Below are positions 51,335 to 64,000 of a DNA stretch of 64,000 nucleotides, one piece after another. Source of the DNA: Paraspadella gotoi (lineage: Eukaryota > Animalia > Chaetognatha); assembly GCA_051294375.1 (NCBI GenBank), contig CM119263.1:8909162-8973161 (forward strand), given 5' to 3'. The notes under the pieces are model-generated. The model did not search any database. It saw only the letters and a program-made list of their open reading frames with translations, and was not told the origin of the DNA. The translations under genes were made by a program, and so were the position numbers. Position 1 is the first letter of the stretch. Every line of letters starts with the position of its first letter.

Positions 51335-53826
51335 AGATTATATCCAGCTCAATCATACACTTTCCTAACCACACACCAAATTTCAATCCAATCCATTCAT
51401 CCAATCTCGAGTATTTGGAGTTTTTTGTTAAGGGGGACGGACAGACAGACAAACGGACGGACGGACAACGTTGTTTTGCTTAATTTTTCATAATATGATG
51501 TTTTGAGATGATATAAATGACTTACCGACAAGATTTTTTGGGGGTGGGGACAGACGGACCGACAAAGTGGATTAAAGAGTCGGAATCTGCTGATATAAGA
51601 CACAATGAAAAATGGCGTAACGTTACGTGTTCCGTGCATAAAAAAAAATCACTGTTCAATATTATTATATTTTTTTTTATTTTGAAACGTTATAGTTTCA
51701 TTATGTTGATATCCAAAATATCAATGCAAAAATCTTTTTTTGTTTTTTAGATATGACTGAATATAGGTGAAAGATGATAAATTTTTAAAAAAAGTTACTT
51801 ATTCATATTTATTCATAGAATTGTAATAAAAAAATAATAGTACTAATAGTTAGTGTTATGTCTCAAATAGATGGGAAAAAAACCTCATTTAAAAATTCGA
51901 TCGGAAGTGGGTAACTAAGGCTTACCAATGGCATCCTCCACGCCAATTGTTTCTCTCAAATAATTTTTTTATTTAATACATTTGAAAGGGAAAAAAAGAA
52001 AATTGAATCAGGTTGCAGAAAGGGTACAGATAATCTTGACTTTTTGACATGATAACCATGACCTTTTATATCTTGTGAAATGGGGGCAGTAAAGAAATCT
52101 AAAAATTCATCATTAAGTCAGTCAATGACCCTTTCCAATGGGCTATTACGAGAAATATTTTTTCTTTAATTAAAATGGATGATAAAATAATAAAATTAAA
52201 TTCCTTGCTATATTTAAAATAAATTATCAATACAATTTAACACAATGATTTTTTCTTTGTCAAATATGTTACCAGCTATATTATTTTTACAACTTTATTA
52301 TGATAAACAAGCAGTTTGTCAAGCTTTTAGTTTTCAGCTAAAGATAATGAAAAATGACGATTTTTTTTCACAGACAAGAAGTAGATGTCCAGACTGTTTA
52401 TATCAAGCTGAAAACATTTTTGTATTATCATATTTAATATTTAAAAATACATTTTTATCAAGCTACAACATAAATTTTTGCTTGTTTTTTACTTTAAAAT
52501 GAAAATATAAGCAATTTTATGGAATAAAGAAAATTTAATAATAAACAAAATGTAATTCAGTCTTTCCTTTTTCAAATTACAAAAGAAAAAGAAAAAATTT
52601 CATATGCCTTCATTAAAATTTTTAAAACAAAAAACTGTTATACTTTTAACTCTGATTTAAACAAAAGCTGTGTAAAGATTTATGGATTTAATTTAATAAA
52701 ACTCTTTTAGAAAGGTGTCCCATGATTAGGGCTTTAATTTGATACCACATCCACCTTGCTACCTCTTTTCTTTCAAAAGTTATTTAAAAAAATAATTTTT
52801 TTTAAATTACGCAGTACAATCTTTGTTAAATAAAAATTTTGGACAAAGCGGGAGTATCTCACTTAATTCTATTGGTACAATACTTAAATTTCAAAATAAA
52901 ACTTGTAAGAAAATTTTTTTGTCATTTAGAGAACATATCACTTTCAGATGTACCCATTGTATAATAATTTATTTATTAATTTCCCCCAAAAAAGCTTAAT
53001 TAGAAAAAGTTAAATTTTTTCAAATTGTTGGAAAAAAAATTTTGTCCGACCTATGCTCATTGAGAATAATGGTTTTGCATAGAAAATCAAAAATATCAAA
53101 AAAATAAAAAAATCAGCCTCTAGAAAAATCGAAAGGCTAGAATTGCAAAAATTGCAAAAATTGCAAAAATTTTTTCCTGACTCATAACATCATTTATCTC
53201 AAGTTTCAAAATATTTTTTTCCAAAATATTCAATAAATTTTTTTTATTAATTTAAAATGTTTTTATGATGTTGTTTTTGTTTGAAAGAATTGAAAAAAAA
53301 TGAAAAATATAGTAATTATATAAGGTTTTGAAATCTTTAAAATATTAAATAATTAGATACAAAGGAGTAAGCAGAAAAACTTCCCATTCATAAAGAAAAT
53401 TGAAAATGAATTGTCATATTGTTATTTTAGATTAATTAACTATTTACAAACAAATGATTCATATAAATTGAGGAAATGATGGTAAAAAATATTCATCTTG
53501 GTCTCGGTTAACTATTAAGTTATCGTTAAAGTTTTGTTTTAATAATATTAATAATTTTTTTTTGCATTTATAAAAGCAATGGTCTAAAATTTTGTAAGCG
53601 TTTCGAGCTATATTGCTTCATCTTTTTTACTAATTTTTGATCTAGTTAGCTTTTTGTTGATGGTCAAGGTTATGGTCAGATACAGTAATGTCCAGTAGTG
53701 TATATCCACATATTACACAAAAATGATCAATTAATTGGTTCAGAAACAATTTTAATGGGATAAAATCAGCACGAGACCGTTTCGCCACGTTATTTTTCAT
53801 TGTGTCATAAGCAGATCCGACGAAAA
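51335..53826 (-). mobile_element. Helentron/DINE-like element, family B, split by a 2.2-kb insertion
   Basis: 51335-51598 matches the reverse complement of ~56175-56450. The element's first bases (tttt.gtcggatctgcttat) lie at 53807-53826, on the far side of the insert. Confidence 0.8.
51599..53806. mobile_element. Non-autonomous cut-and-paste DNA transposon, 2208 bp, 4-bp TSD ATAA
   Basis: Left end gacacaatgaaaaat-ggcgtaacg; right end reverse-complemented gacacaatgaaaaataacgtggcgaaacg. ATAA at 51595-51598 and 53807-53810. AT-rich interior with no transposase ORF. Confidence 0.85.
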
Positions 53827-56157
53827 AAGATAAGGAAAGAGACAAGAAGAAAGCATGGGAAAAAAAAAGAAAGTTGGTTTTAGAGGGCGCGCGAGGAAAG
53901 ACAGAAGAACAATGGGATTAAATGAAGGAGAGAAAAACGATAATAATGAGGAAAAGAGAGGAATCGATTAAATTGGGAAGGAGGAAAGAAAAGATCCGAC
54001 AGCTTGGGAGAAAAGTAAATCTAGTTCTTCCAATTATTGGACCAATATGCAGGATCAACATCCAGTCGATTATCCGCTGAAAAGAAAAATAAAGTGTCGA
54101 ATGAAATGGAGAAAGCTTATGGAAAATATCACGAAGAGAATGTGGAAGCGGAACAGCAAAGCTTTTAGGAAACTTGGCGGGTAAAATTGGAAGTGAAGAC
54201 AGGTTAGAAGAAAAGAAATGCAGGAACGAGGAACGTGTACGTGGTTAATAAATAAGGAATATGAAATGGAAAGCGATAGATAAGGGAAAGGAGAAGAAAA
54301 AAAAACGATAAAATAAAGGAGGTTGACGATAAATAAAAGTGGGAGGAAATGGGAGTAATCGTCGTGGAAAAAAATGGGCACTAGAACTGAAATATGGGTC
54401 GGACTTCCGCGCGTCTTCGGGTGACCGAAAAAATATTGGTGGTTGTCGGATGGAGAGAGAGAGAGAGAGAGAGAGGGAAAGAGAGAGAGAGAAAGTTGAC
54501 TGACTTTAAGATGAAGTCTTAAACAAACAGTCGTTAAGAAAACTTTGAAAGCAAAATTGTTTACCTTCGGATGTCTTGGATTTCCTTGTCGTTCGTTCTT
54601 TCGGTCAGTTTATTACGTTAATATCGGTTGCTCGTGAATTATCAAGTCGACAGGCGAAATCCTCAAGGGAAAGAAAACCGGGGAAGAAAGAAAAATAAAG
54701 ATAAGAAACGAAAAGAAAAGGTAAACGTAAAAAAAAGAAGGAAAAAAAAAGTAAAATGGAGAAGGGAGATGCGAAATGGAATAATTAAAAATCGGGGCGA
54801 AATAAAAAAAAAAGATGTCGGCAAAATGAGAAAAGCCAAAGTGGGAAAGTAAAAACGAAGCGAGGCGTAGATAAGAATCTTACATAAAAGGAAAAGAGAA
54901 TGCATTCGTGATTGTTTATTAACTTAGGACGCGTACAGAAATAGTAAAAATACGTTGTAATAGTAAGATGTTGGAGAAACGCATTTTCTTCTACCGCAAC
55001 TCCTCGTAACCCCTCCGACCGCTCAAAATGGCGTCGGCCAATCGACGTTCGTGTTTTTCATTTCTCGCAATAAATTGGATTTTCCGCCTCCGATAAAAGA
55101 TTCTCTTGGTTTTTGACACGAGAAAATACATTTCTGACAATTTCTTTGGCCTGGCCTTTATCGTCCAACCATTTCTCTCGCCTGGTCTTTCTTCCATCCC
55201 CCTTGCCTTCTGTTTGCCTCGACTGGTGAATTTTCTATTTACCCCCACATTTTCACGCCTGGCTCTTTCTATTTACTATTTATATCGTCTTGCCACAGTT
55301 CAAATTTAGGAATTTATTTTGCCTCGTCATTCCATTAGTATGATATTACATCTCGGCATTGTTTCCATTCAGTACATTGTGTATTTCCGCAGCTTTTCTT
55401 ATATATTATTTATTTATTAGTTATGATCTAAATCTCTCCGGTTGGATATTATCTTCGCCATCCCTACTTACTGTTAACTTCTTTTATTTTCATCCCATCC
55501 TTTTTTTCTCTTTCCCACTCTATTTCTTCTTTCCTCTTCTCACTTTTGACCGCCCTTTTTTCCCTTCTCCCTTTTTTTCCTCCTTATTTTTTCCTTCAAT
55601 TTTTCATTTTCTTATCTTCTCAGCTTCGTCGCCAACTATTTCTCACTGTCTGGCTTACCCTTTTTTTCCCCCATGTCTCTTTCCTTAATTGATTTTCTTT
55701 TGATTTCTTTCTTAACCGCGATTCGTTTTGGTTTACTCTGACGTTGACCCATTTGCTCACCAATATATCATCTCCTCACTTCTTGTATCACAATTCATTC
55801 CAATTTTCTCACCTCCGCTTTTTATCTTCACATTGAATACACATTGCATTAACATTCATATTTGTATTACTTATCTTCAACTGTATTTTCTCCCGCCTCT
55901 TTTCTTCTCAATTTCGATCAATGTCTCCTTCTACCCAAATTAATTTTAAGGACCTGTCACTGCGCCCGATATCCCCGCCCCATTTTTTTTTCGAAGCTCT
56001 CGAGCTTTTATCACTTCCTTTCCATCTTTTTAATCCACTCCAACTTTTTTGGATCATTTTTTAATCTTCCGAAGCCTATTACTTTTTAGGATTTAGGATT
56101 TCGGATCGGCTCAGCTTCTTTGTGACGTCGTCGTTGTCGTCTGCATTGGCGTCACGC

Positions 56158-56450
56158 TTTTTAGTCGGATCTGCTTATCAGCAGATTCCGACTCTATAAT
56201 TCACTTTGTCGGTCCGTCGGTCCCACCCCTAAATCTTGTCGGTAAATAACTTTTATCACATCAGAAAATCATATTATGCTAAATTAAGCAAAAAAAAATG
56301 ATGTCCGTCCATCCGTCCATCCGTCTGTTTGTCTGAAGGTCCGTCCCACCTTTTCATTAAACTCCAATTACTCGTGATCAGATGGATGGATTGGAATGAA
56401 ATTTTGTTTGTGGTTAGGAAAGTGTATGATAGAGCTGGATATAAAGTTTC
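56158..56450 (+). mobile_element. Helentron/DINE-like element, family B (uninterrupted 5' end)
   Basis: Starts ttttagtcggatctgcttatcagcagattccgact (hairpin) and has gtccgtccatcc repeats. Provides the empty site for the 51599 insertion. Confidence 0.75.
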
Positions 56451-56569
56451 GATGGAATCGTGCTAGTGGAAATGAGTTTAAATGGAAAAAACTAATGTCA
56501 AGTTGACTTGAAATTTTATCATTTATGCTTTAATTATGTTTTATTTAATTAATTAAAAAATTAAAAAAT

Positions 56570-56870
56570 AAAGCAAGTTAAAAAAATATGCATTTTAAAA
56601 AAATTCTGCAAGTTGAAAGAATGATGCAAGTTGAAAGAATGATGCAAGTTGAAAGATTGATAAAAGTTGAAAAAATTATGCAAGTTAAAAAAAATGAAAC
56701 AAGTTGAAAAAATTAAGCAAGTTAAAAAAATGATGCAAGTTGAAAAAATGATGCGAGTTAAAAAAATGTTGTGATTTAAAAATGATGCAAGTTGAAAAAA
56801 GTATGTAAGCTGAAAAAAGTATGCAAGTTGAAAAAATGAAGCAAGTTGAAAAAAAGATGCGAGTAAAAAA
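56570..56870. repeat. ~18-19-bp minisatellite (aaaaatgatgcaagttga)n
   Basis: Directly visible tandem array. It explains the repetitive ORF 56561-56947. Confidence 0.9.
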
Positions 56871-56872
56871 TA

Positions 56873-57397
56873 ATTGTGCCGCGAGTACTCTCGGAGCAGT
56901 TCAATGTTCTCTCGGTCGTTCTGTCGGTCCGTCTGTCTGACCGTCACTCCGTTCCAATTACAACTTATAACTTGAGTAAGACAGCATCAATTAAGTTAAT
57001 ATTTGGTAGAGAGGTAAGATTCCATTAGACCTTTAATATGCTTGGGCAATGAGCATTCTCCAAAAATCAATTCAATGCGGCATAATTCATAAACTATGAT
57101 CCACTTTAATTAATACTTGGCAGACTGGTATGATATCTGCAAAGGCTTCCTGTACATATGTTTCATGCTTCTTTACTCACATGACAACATGGAAATGCGG
57201 GATCAGAAAGTCAATGCGTCATAGTTTGTATAATACGTCGATAGCATAGTTAATACTATACAAATAAGTTATCAACCATATGCTTATTGCTTATTGTGCA
57301 TATATTTCGAATTTATGTAGTCGCGTAATAGTCGGAAAATACGTCAACGAAAGAAAGTCACTGCGGCGCAACACCTTGAACTTACCATTTCTTATTT
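56873..57397 (+). mobile_element. Family A element with a different, longer interior
   Basis: 5' end ttgtgccgcgagtactc..gtcggtccgtctgtctg and 3' end aaagtcactgcggcgcaacac.ttgaa.ttacc.ttcttat match 17119-17419. Confidence 0.7.
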
Positions 57398-57719
57398 ACA
57401 ACTCGGAACGACACAAAAAGGGAAGTAAGACCCGACGTCGTCGTCGTCGTCGTCGTTTTTTTCGATATTTATGTGAGAAGTCAGTTGTCACTGGTTGGGT
57501 CGCCCTCACGTGAGTCGAAAGATCGATTTGTTTGGGCGATTGATTTAAGGTTAAAGTACGCGGACGTGCGGGCGTAGAAAAAGGGGTACGGGTCTGAAAA
57601 AAAAAGAAAGAAAAAATAGGGAGGAGAAAAATATATACTCTTTAAATTGGGAGATAAGCTGCTAAATATACTTTAATATAAATCAAATACGTTATTTGAA
57701 AACACGTTTGAGCAAACAA

Positions 57720-57795
57720 TGCCGGATCTGCTCACAATCTTTAGCGGTAAGCGGCTAATTAATCAATTAATTAATTAACTTTAACAGATCCGGCA
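57720..57795. repeat. Hairpin with 11-bp arms, related to the family B terminal motif
   Basis: tgccggatctg ... cagatccggca, next to an N-gap. Confidence 0.6.
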
Positions 57796-58710
57796 AAANN
57801 NNNNNNNNNNNNNNNNNNNNNNNNNNNNNNNNNNNNNNNNNNNNNNNNNNNNNNNNNNNNNNNNNNNNNNNNNNNNNNNNNNNNNNNNNNNNNNNNNNNN
57901 NNNNNNNNNNNNNNNNNNNNNNNNNNNNNNNNNNNNNNNNNNNNNNNNNNNNNNNNNNNNNNNNNNNNNNNNNNNNNNNNNNNNNNNNNNNNNNNNNNNN
58001 NNNNNNNNNNNNNNNNNNNNNNNNNNNNNNNNNNNNNNNNNNNNNNNNNNNNNNNNNNNNNNNNNNNNNNNNNNNNNNNNNNNNNNNNNNNNNNNNNNNN
58101 NNNNNNNNNNNNNNNNNNNNNNNNNNNNNNNNNNNNNNNNNNNNNNNNNNNNNNNNNNNNNNNNNNNNNNNNNNNNNNNNNNNNNNNNNNNNNNNNNNNN
58201 NNNNNNNNNNNNNNNNNNNNNNNNNNNNNNNNNNNNNNNNNNNNNNNNNNNNNNNNNNNNNNNNNNNNNNNNNNNNNNNNNNNNNNNNNNNNNNNNNNNN
58301 NNNNNNNNNNNNNNNNNNNNNNNNNNNNNNNNNNNNNNNNNNNNNNNNNNNNNNNNNNNNNNNNNNNNNNNNNNNNNNNNNNNNNNNNNNNNNNNNNNNN
58401 NNNNNNNNNNNNNNNNNNNNNNNNNNNNNNNNNNNNNNNNNNNNNNNNNNNNNNNNNNNNNNNNNNNNNNNNNNNNNNNNNNNNNNNNNNNNNNNNNNNN
58501 NNNNNNNNNNNNNNNNNNNNNNNNNNNNNNNNNNNNNNNNNNNNNNNNNNNNNNNNNNNNNNNNNNNNNNNNNNNNNNNNNNNNNNNNNNNNNNNNNNNN
58601 NNNNNNNNNNNNNNNNNNNNNNNNNNNNNNNNNNNNNNNNNNNNNNNNNNNNNNNNNNNNNNNNNNNNNNNNNNNNNNNNNNNNNNNNNNNNNNNNNNNN
58701 NNNNNNNNNN

Positions 58711-58752
58711 CGGACCGACCGAAAAGTGACTTATAGAGTTGCTCCGCAACAT
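58711..58752 (-). mobile_element. Family A element fragment at a gap edge
   Basis: cggaccgaccgaaaagtgacttatagagttgctccgc. Confidence 0.6.
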
Positions 58753-59240
58753 AAAACCGCCGTCTTTTACATTTCTCATCAGTCATCACATTCAAAAAAT
58801 CGCGGCCATATTTTTTCAATCTGCCCTCCTTTATTATCCAGTAAACATGACGCGTTCGATAAGATTAGATACATGAAACAAGATGGACGCCGTGACGAGA
58901 AATCGCAGCGAATCGCTCTTGCGAGAAATCTATCAGAGAAAGACGGAAAGAAACAAAAGAGCGAGAAAAGGAATAAATAAAGGAAAGGGAAAAAAAAAGG
59001 GATAAATAGTGCGAAGAAGAAAAAAGGAAAAAAAAAAAAAGCGGCTCAAAGGAAAAACATGTGTCGTGGTCGACGTCACTTTCGTCGTCAACGTCATCGC
59101 CGTCGTCGTCATCGTCGTCGTCACCGTAGCTTTATAAATAATCGATGACTTTATCCCCGAAAGAGCGGAAGTAGAAAAGAACGAATTTGCCGATGCCTTC
59201 TCTCTCTTAAATTCTCAACGAGTCATTCAGGCTTCCGCAG

Positions 59241-59803
59241 TAAGGCGGGTCAAAATTGAACACTTTTTATAACTTTTATTCTCTCAAAAAAAATTCTTTT
59301 TCTTTCTATTACTAAATCGATTTTCAATGTAACTTTTTGAATTAGTTCATTGGGGTTGTTGCACTGAAGCTTTTATAATATTTTTAATATATAACAAATA
59401 ACAAAAAATTTTTTTTTTAAATTAGTTTTAAGAACGGCAGTTCCTATAGAGTCTCTTAAGACAAGTTAATGAAAGTTAGTATCATACATTTGTTAAAAAT
59501 TTTGACAGAATTGCGTTTTTAAAACAGAAAAACGTTAAAAATCATACTCATTCATCATTGGCTGAATTTTATGTTTTTAAAATTTTTATCAATAAAACAA
59601 AATTTTAAAATTTTAGTGTATTAATAACCTTCATCTAACTTTTAAAGCTCTATCAGAATCCAAAATTAAAAAAAATTGAAAATTTCTAAAAATTTTTTAA
59701 CTTTTATGATAGTAATAAAATATCTTAAATTCTTCCGTGCTGGCCTTATAATAAGTAATTTTTTAAAAATTATTTTTATTTTCATATTCTCTAACAGTCA
59801 CTT
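59241..59803 (+). mobile_element. ~570-bp AT-rich dispersed repeat, copy 1 (probable non-autonomous DNA element)
   Basis: Colinear with 62603-63180 from taagg.gggtcaaaattgaa to ttcatattct...cagtcactt. Confidence 0.8.
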
Positions 59804-61338
59804 TATCATTAGTTTATTGAGGTGAGACTTCTTTTTCAAACCTGTTCCGGCCTATTCCGCAGCCTCCCACTTCCCATCGCGCTCCCAAAATCCCACGAAC
59901 GCTCTTTTTCATTCCCTCGCCCCTTAGTTCACATTTTTCACCCTTTCCGTCTTTACACTTTTTCGATCAATCTAGTATGCGCTTCTAAAAAACTATCTAG
60001 TATGGATATATGACTACTTAGTGCGTACATTGATATTTTTTTAAAGTTTAATATCAGAAAACATAAATTATATAGTTCAAAAAATCAAAAATCTATCAAT
60101 TTATACATCTTTAATCGACAAACAATCATTTTGAGACAGTCTTTATCTTGAACTATGTAATAACGATTTGAGCTCTTTTGGAAATCAGAAAAATCGAACT
60201 CACGTCGAAAAAGATTTATTATTTTATCCCAAAACTTAAGGGTTTTTTTTTTCGATTATTGTGCCTCGCATGATTTCCATCTCTCTCTCTTTCTCTCTCT
60301 CTGCTTCTTTGACTATGTCACGAGTCTGGGATTGACTCGTGATCTGCTCGATCGCTCGCTCTCTCTCTCTAGGGTACACCCTTTATTATTCCTCTTTTCT
60401 TCCATAGTTTAGTTTTTATATTCCAAAATACGAATAATAGTCAAATAAAACAAAATAAAGAAACGCTCAATCCCATGAATAGTGAAGCAGTCGTTTTTGT
60501 TTTTTTTTCTTTGATGTAAACAAACAACCGACATTTTCTGACTCGACGACGACTCGACTCCCTGACGATTCCTCAGAGAGAAAAACTAAGGCGCAGGTGC
60601 GAGACGACGGCACCGAGGCATTAATAAAATCATCAACCGCGTCGCGCCGCTGTCATCTGCCTTTCACTTTGGTTTCCTCTCTCATCGGTCATCTGCCCCC
60701 ATCGTCTGTCGAGATCGACATCCTCCGCTTTCCTGGACCCTTACACCGATTATTTGACCTTCCGGGAGCAAAGGGTCGTCGAGGTTAAGCACGGGCTTTT
60801 TCAGGGAGCGTCTCGGGCTTTCGTCTTGTCTCGTTTTTTCTATCTTTATTCATTTGTTAAGCCAAATAGTACAAAATGTACAAACAGAAAGCACGAAGAC
60901 TAGTGAAAGTTGTGTAACAATTTCGTGACAATTAAAAGCCATTGAAATATTCCCCGAATTGCATTGTTTTTAAACGTTTTGTAAGATTTTGTGTCTTAGT
61001 TTTCTTACAGTAACTGTCAAAAATTGAACAATTTTATCGTAGACCGTTATAATAACTATTATATTTTTTGATAAAACAGATTAGTCATTAGTGTAACGAA
61101 TTAATGTAACAGAATGAGGGTGAAGGATTAGGCAAGAAATTAGGTAAGAGATTATGGTTAAATATTAAGGTTTGAGTTTCGTTATATAAAATTAAACTTT
61201 AGGAATAAAGGAACAGAAATGGGGAGTCCTCTCATCTGGCGTGAATTTAGGCATTGAGACTTTACAAACAATAATTTATATTCAATTCAGTCCCTATATC
61301 TAGTACATACATATAAAATTATAAATATTGAAATCTAA

Positions 61339-63886
61339 TTAGTCTCCGATCTCTCCCTCCGTTTCCGGCGTTTCCTCTCCCCTCTTCTCTCCCCCACTCG
61401 TCCCCCACCCACGCTTCGCCGCCACCGCCGCCGCCAAGGCCGCCGCTGCCAACGCCTCCGCGCCGGCGTTGAAAGCGAACCCCGCCTCGAAGCGCCCCCA
61501 CCGGTCGATGACTGCGGCGCAGACGGTGGGCGTGGCCAGAGAACCGACGCCCATAGCGAGATAGTTGAGCGAGAAGGCGGCGGGAATGTCGCCTCGTCCC
61601 ACGAGATCCAGGAATGCCACGTTGCGCAGCGTGATGTAGAGGGAGCAGTTGGCGCCGGCGACGACGGCGTAGGCGACGTAAGCGGCGCCGGAGTCGAGCA
61701 GCGGCGCAGTGGCGTCGAGCAGAGCAGCGAAGAGAACGACGACGACGAAGACGAGAGGACGATGGGGGGCGACGGCGCGTAGGTTGAGGATGAAGCCGAA
61801 AAGGGAGTTGGCTCCAAAGGTGAGGTCGGGGTAAGTCGGGTAAGGTGGGATGGGGGTTTATAAAAAGAAGGATTCTTTTATTTGTGATTCTTTGAATATA
61901 TTCGAATATATTCTTAGATTTGAGGTTTTTTCTGGCTTAACAAATGAGCAACCGACTACATAGGAATATCATATGCATTTTTAACGTAAGTGGGTCAGAC
62001 CGACGGACAGACATATCGACGGACCGACCAAACGACTTATACAGTTGCTTCGCGAGTACTCGCGGCGCAACTAAAAACTAGTGTATAAATTGTTCTAACC
62101 ATGTATTGTTCAAAAGACACTATCATCCTCCATCCAATAATAGATAATTATTAATATTATATTTAATAAATTAAAAACAAAGAAAATAAGAGATAGAAAT
62201 AAAAAATGAAATAAAATAAATAAAATTAAACATATAGTATTCAATATTTTAAATTAAAAAAATAAAATAGTAAAACAAGTAATTTTGTAAGTTTCATAAA
62301 GGTTTAACCTTGGAATAATATTTTCTCTCTTTATCTCTCATCTTCATTTCTCTCTATTTTTCTCACACTCACTCCCTCTTTCCGGTCTGAACTCACCCAC
62401 CAAATGAACTATAAAGAGGATGGACATCACAAAGGCTGCCTCGGAAGGAGTCAACCCCCGACTGACCATAAAAGGAGGGAGAATGACCCACGTGAAGATC
62501 AAAGAGGTTGACCCCACGGCCATGGCTGTGAATGAAAATCGACGTGGCTTAATTTTGGCACGAGATTTTTTTTTCTTTAGCATTTTACGGTATAATGTAT
62601 ACTAAGGGGGTCAAAATTGAAAACTTTTTATCACTTTCTATTCTCTCCAAAAAATTTTTTCCTTCTATTACTAAATCGATTTTCAATGTAACTTTTTCAA
62701 TTAGTTCATTGGCTTGTTGCACTAAAGCTTTTAAATATTTATTAATATATAACAAATGACAATTTTTTTTTAAATTTAAAATTTTAAGAACAGATTCTTA
62801 TAAGCTTGAAAAGTTAAAATGACAGTTAGTGTTACAATTTTTTTAAAAATTTTGACAATAATTGGTTTTAAAAATAGAAAAAACACTTAAAAAATCATAT
62901 CATTGGCCCATTTATAGTTTTTAAAAATTTTTATTAATAATCAACAAAATTTTAAAAAGTTGTATTCAAAACCTTTATCTAACTTTTAAAGCTCTATCAG
63001 AATCTATTAAAAAAAATTTAAAATGGAAAAAAAATTTAAAAATTTAATATAGTAATCCTCTTTTTATATTGGTTGTACCAATTTCATAGTAATAAAATAA
63101 TCTTTAAATGCTTTCCGTGCGCTTATCAATAAGAGAAATTTAAAAAATTTTTTTATTTCATATTCTATACAGTCACTTAACCATTATTTTTTTGAGAGAA
63201 CTTCTAAGTTTTATGCCGTAGTATAATTAACGTTTTTACTTTTTCAAAAGCGACAAGTAATGTATTATATATTATATAATCATTTAGCCCCACCGATTGA
63301 AGGCTTACATTTTTTCATTTAGATATTGATCTTTGATTATATACATCTTTTTTGTGGTATTTAATCATTAATTAATTTGAAAATAATTTAGTAGTTAATA
63401 AATAAATAATAAAACCAATGTTTAGGTCTCCCTTGCCCTTATTACACCTAAGTCTCAAACAATTCCTACCAATTATGAAGAGCAAAAGAACAGGATCCTT
63501 GATGAGCTCAAGGTCCAGCCCGACTCTTCGCAAGGCGCTCCTAAGCTTTTCCCATTTGCCCCCAGTCTTCCCGCCAAAATCATCGAGCGATCTCTTCTCA
63601 TCTTCGTCGTGGATTCGGTCAATCTGTCGGTCTATGCTCGGGTAGTTGTCCTCGATGGGTCGGGAGAGGAATCCCGCGACGACGAAGTGGAGGAAGACTC
63701 CGCCGAAGACGACGAGCGTCCCGAAGAGAGAGATCTCGCTCATCATGAAGTCGACGACAGGAGGGACGACGATCCCGCCGAGGGTGTTGCCACTGAGCAG
63801 CACCGCGTTGGCTAGGGCGCGCCGCTCTTCGAAATATTGGTTGGCGCTGACAGTGCTGGCCATGCAGCCGAGCCCGTTGGTGCAGC
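61339..63886 (-). CDS. MFS monocarboxylate transporter (SLC16/MCT-like), 3' part; the 5' exons lie beyond the window
   Basis: Exons 63886-63470, 62525-62397 and 61811-61339, joined in phase 1 at GT-AG junctions. SLC16 signature QYFEERRALANAVLLSGNTLGG..PP, then GGVFLHFVVAGFLSRP, RGLTPSEAAFVMS, and FLDLVG...AFSL...G...P..AAVID. Confidence 0.9.
61913..62077 (-). mobile_element. Family A element (5' half) in an MCT intron
   Basis: gcgagtactcgcggcgcaactaaaa plus cgacggac repeats and ttagatttgaggttttt..aacaaatgagcaacc, matching 17119-17310 in reverse. Confidence 0.75.
62603..63180 (+). mobile_element. ~570-bp dispersed repeat, copy 2, in an MCT intron
   Basis: Colinear with 59241-59803. Ends cagtcacttaa. 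Confidence 0.8.
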
Positions 63887-64000
63887 CTGGGAAGAGGGAA
63901 CTTTAGTTTTAGCCGCTTCAGTCGACAAGAGAGAAAAAAAGAAAAGAAAAGGAAGAAAGAAAGAAGAAAGAAAGAAGAAAGAAAGAAAGAAAGAAAGAAA

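Noticed and set aside
53995-54185. Myb/trihelix-like KCRMKWRKL frame
   Set aside because: A single short motif in purine-rich sequence with no splice or ORF support.
49900-56870. CRISPR-like arrays (49900-50220, 56570-56870; also 23310-23362 and 36529-36599)
   Set aside because: These are tandem minisatellites without unique spacers, there are no cas genes, and the context is eukaryotic.

Overview
This is AT-rich, microsatellite-dense eukaryotic (metazoan-like) draft scaffold sequence with many N-gaps and signs of noisy assembly. Best-supported genes: (1) a compact 3-exon STAT-family gene on the minus strand (45795-47439, about 502 aa by my splice reconstruction). It has a short coiled coil, DNA-binding domain, linker, SH2 and a terminal GYDD tyrosine, but no N-domain or transactivation tail. 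(2) Tail-to-tail with it, about 2 kb away, a multi-exon plus-strand gene (40889-43728) with clear Kelch repeats, a charged coiled-coil exon and an N-terminal region resembling a DZIP3-type HEPN domain; it carries frame lesions. (3) The 3' three exons of an SLC16/MCT-like MFS transporter (61339-63886, minus). (4) A 5-kb stop-free orphan exon (24983-30009, minus) that splices in frame to a downstream exon. Also present: two decayed class A GPCR fragments, two families of Helentron/DINE-like interspersed elements, a 2.2-kb TIR element with an ATAA target-site duplication nested in one of them, a MITE and many simple repeats. The lead hypothesis is that the minimal STAT and the HEPN-like/Kelch gene form a lineage-specific innate-immunity locus. 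All domain calls come from motif recognition by eye, with no database searches.
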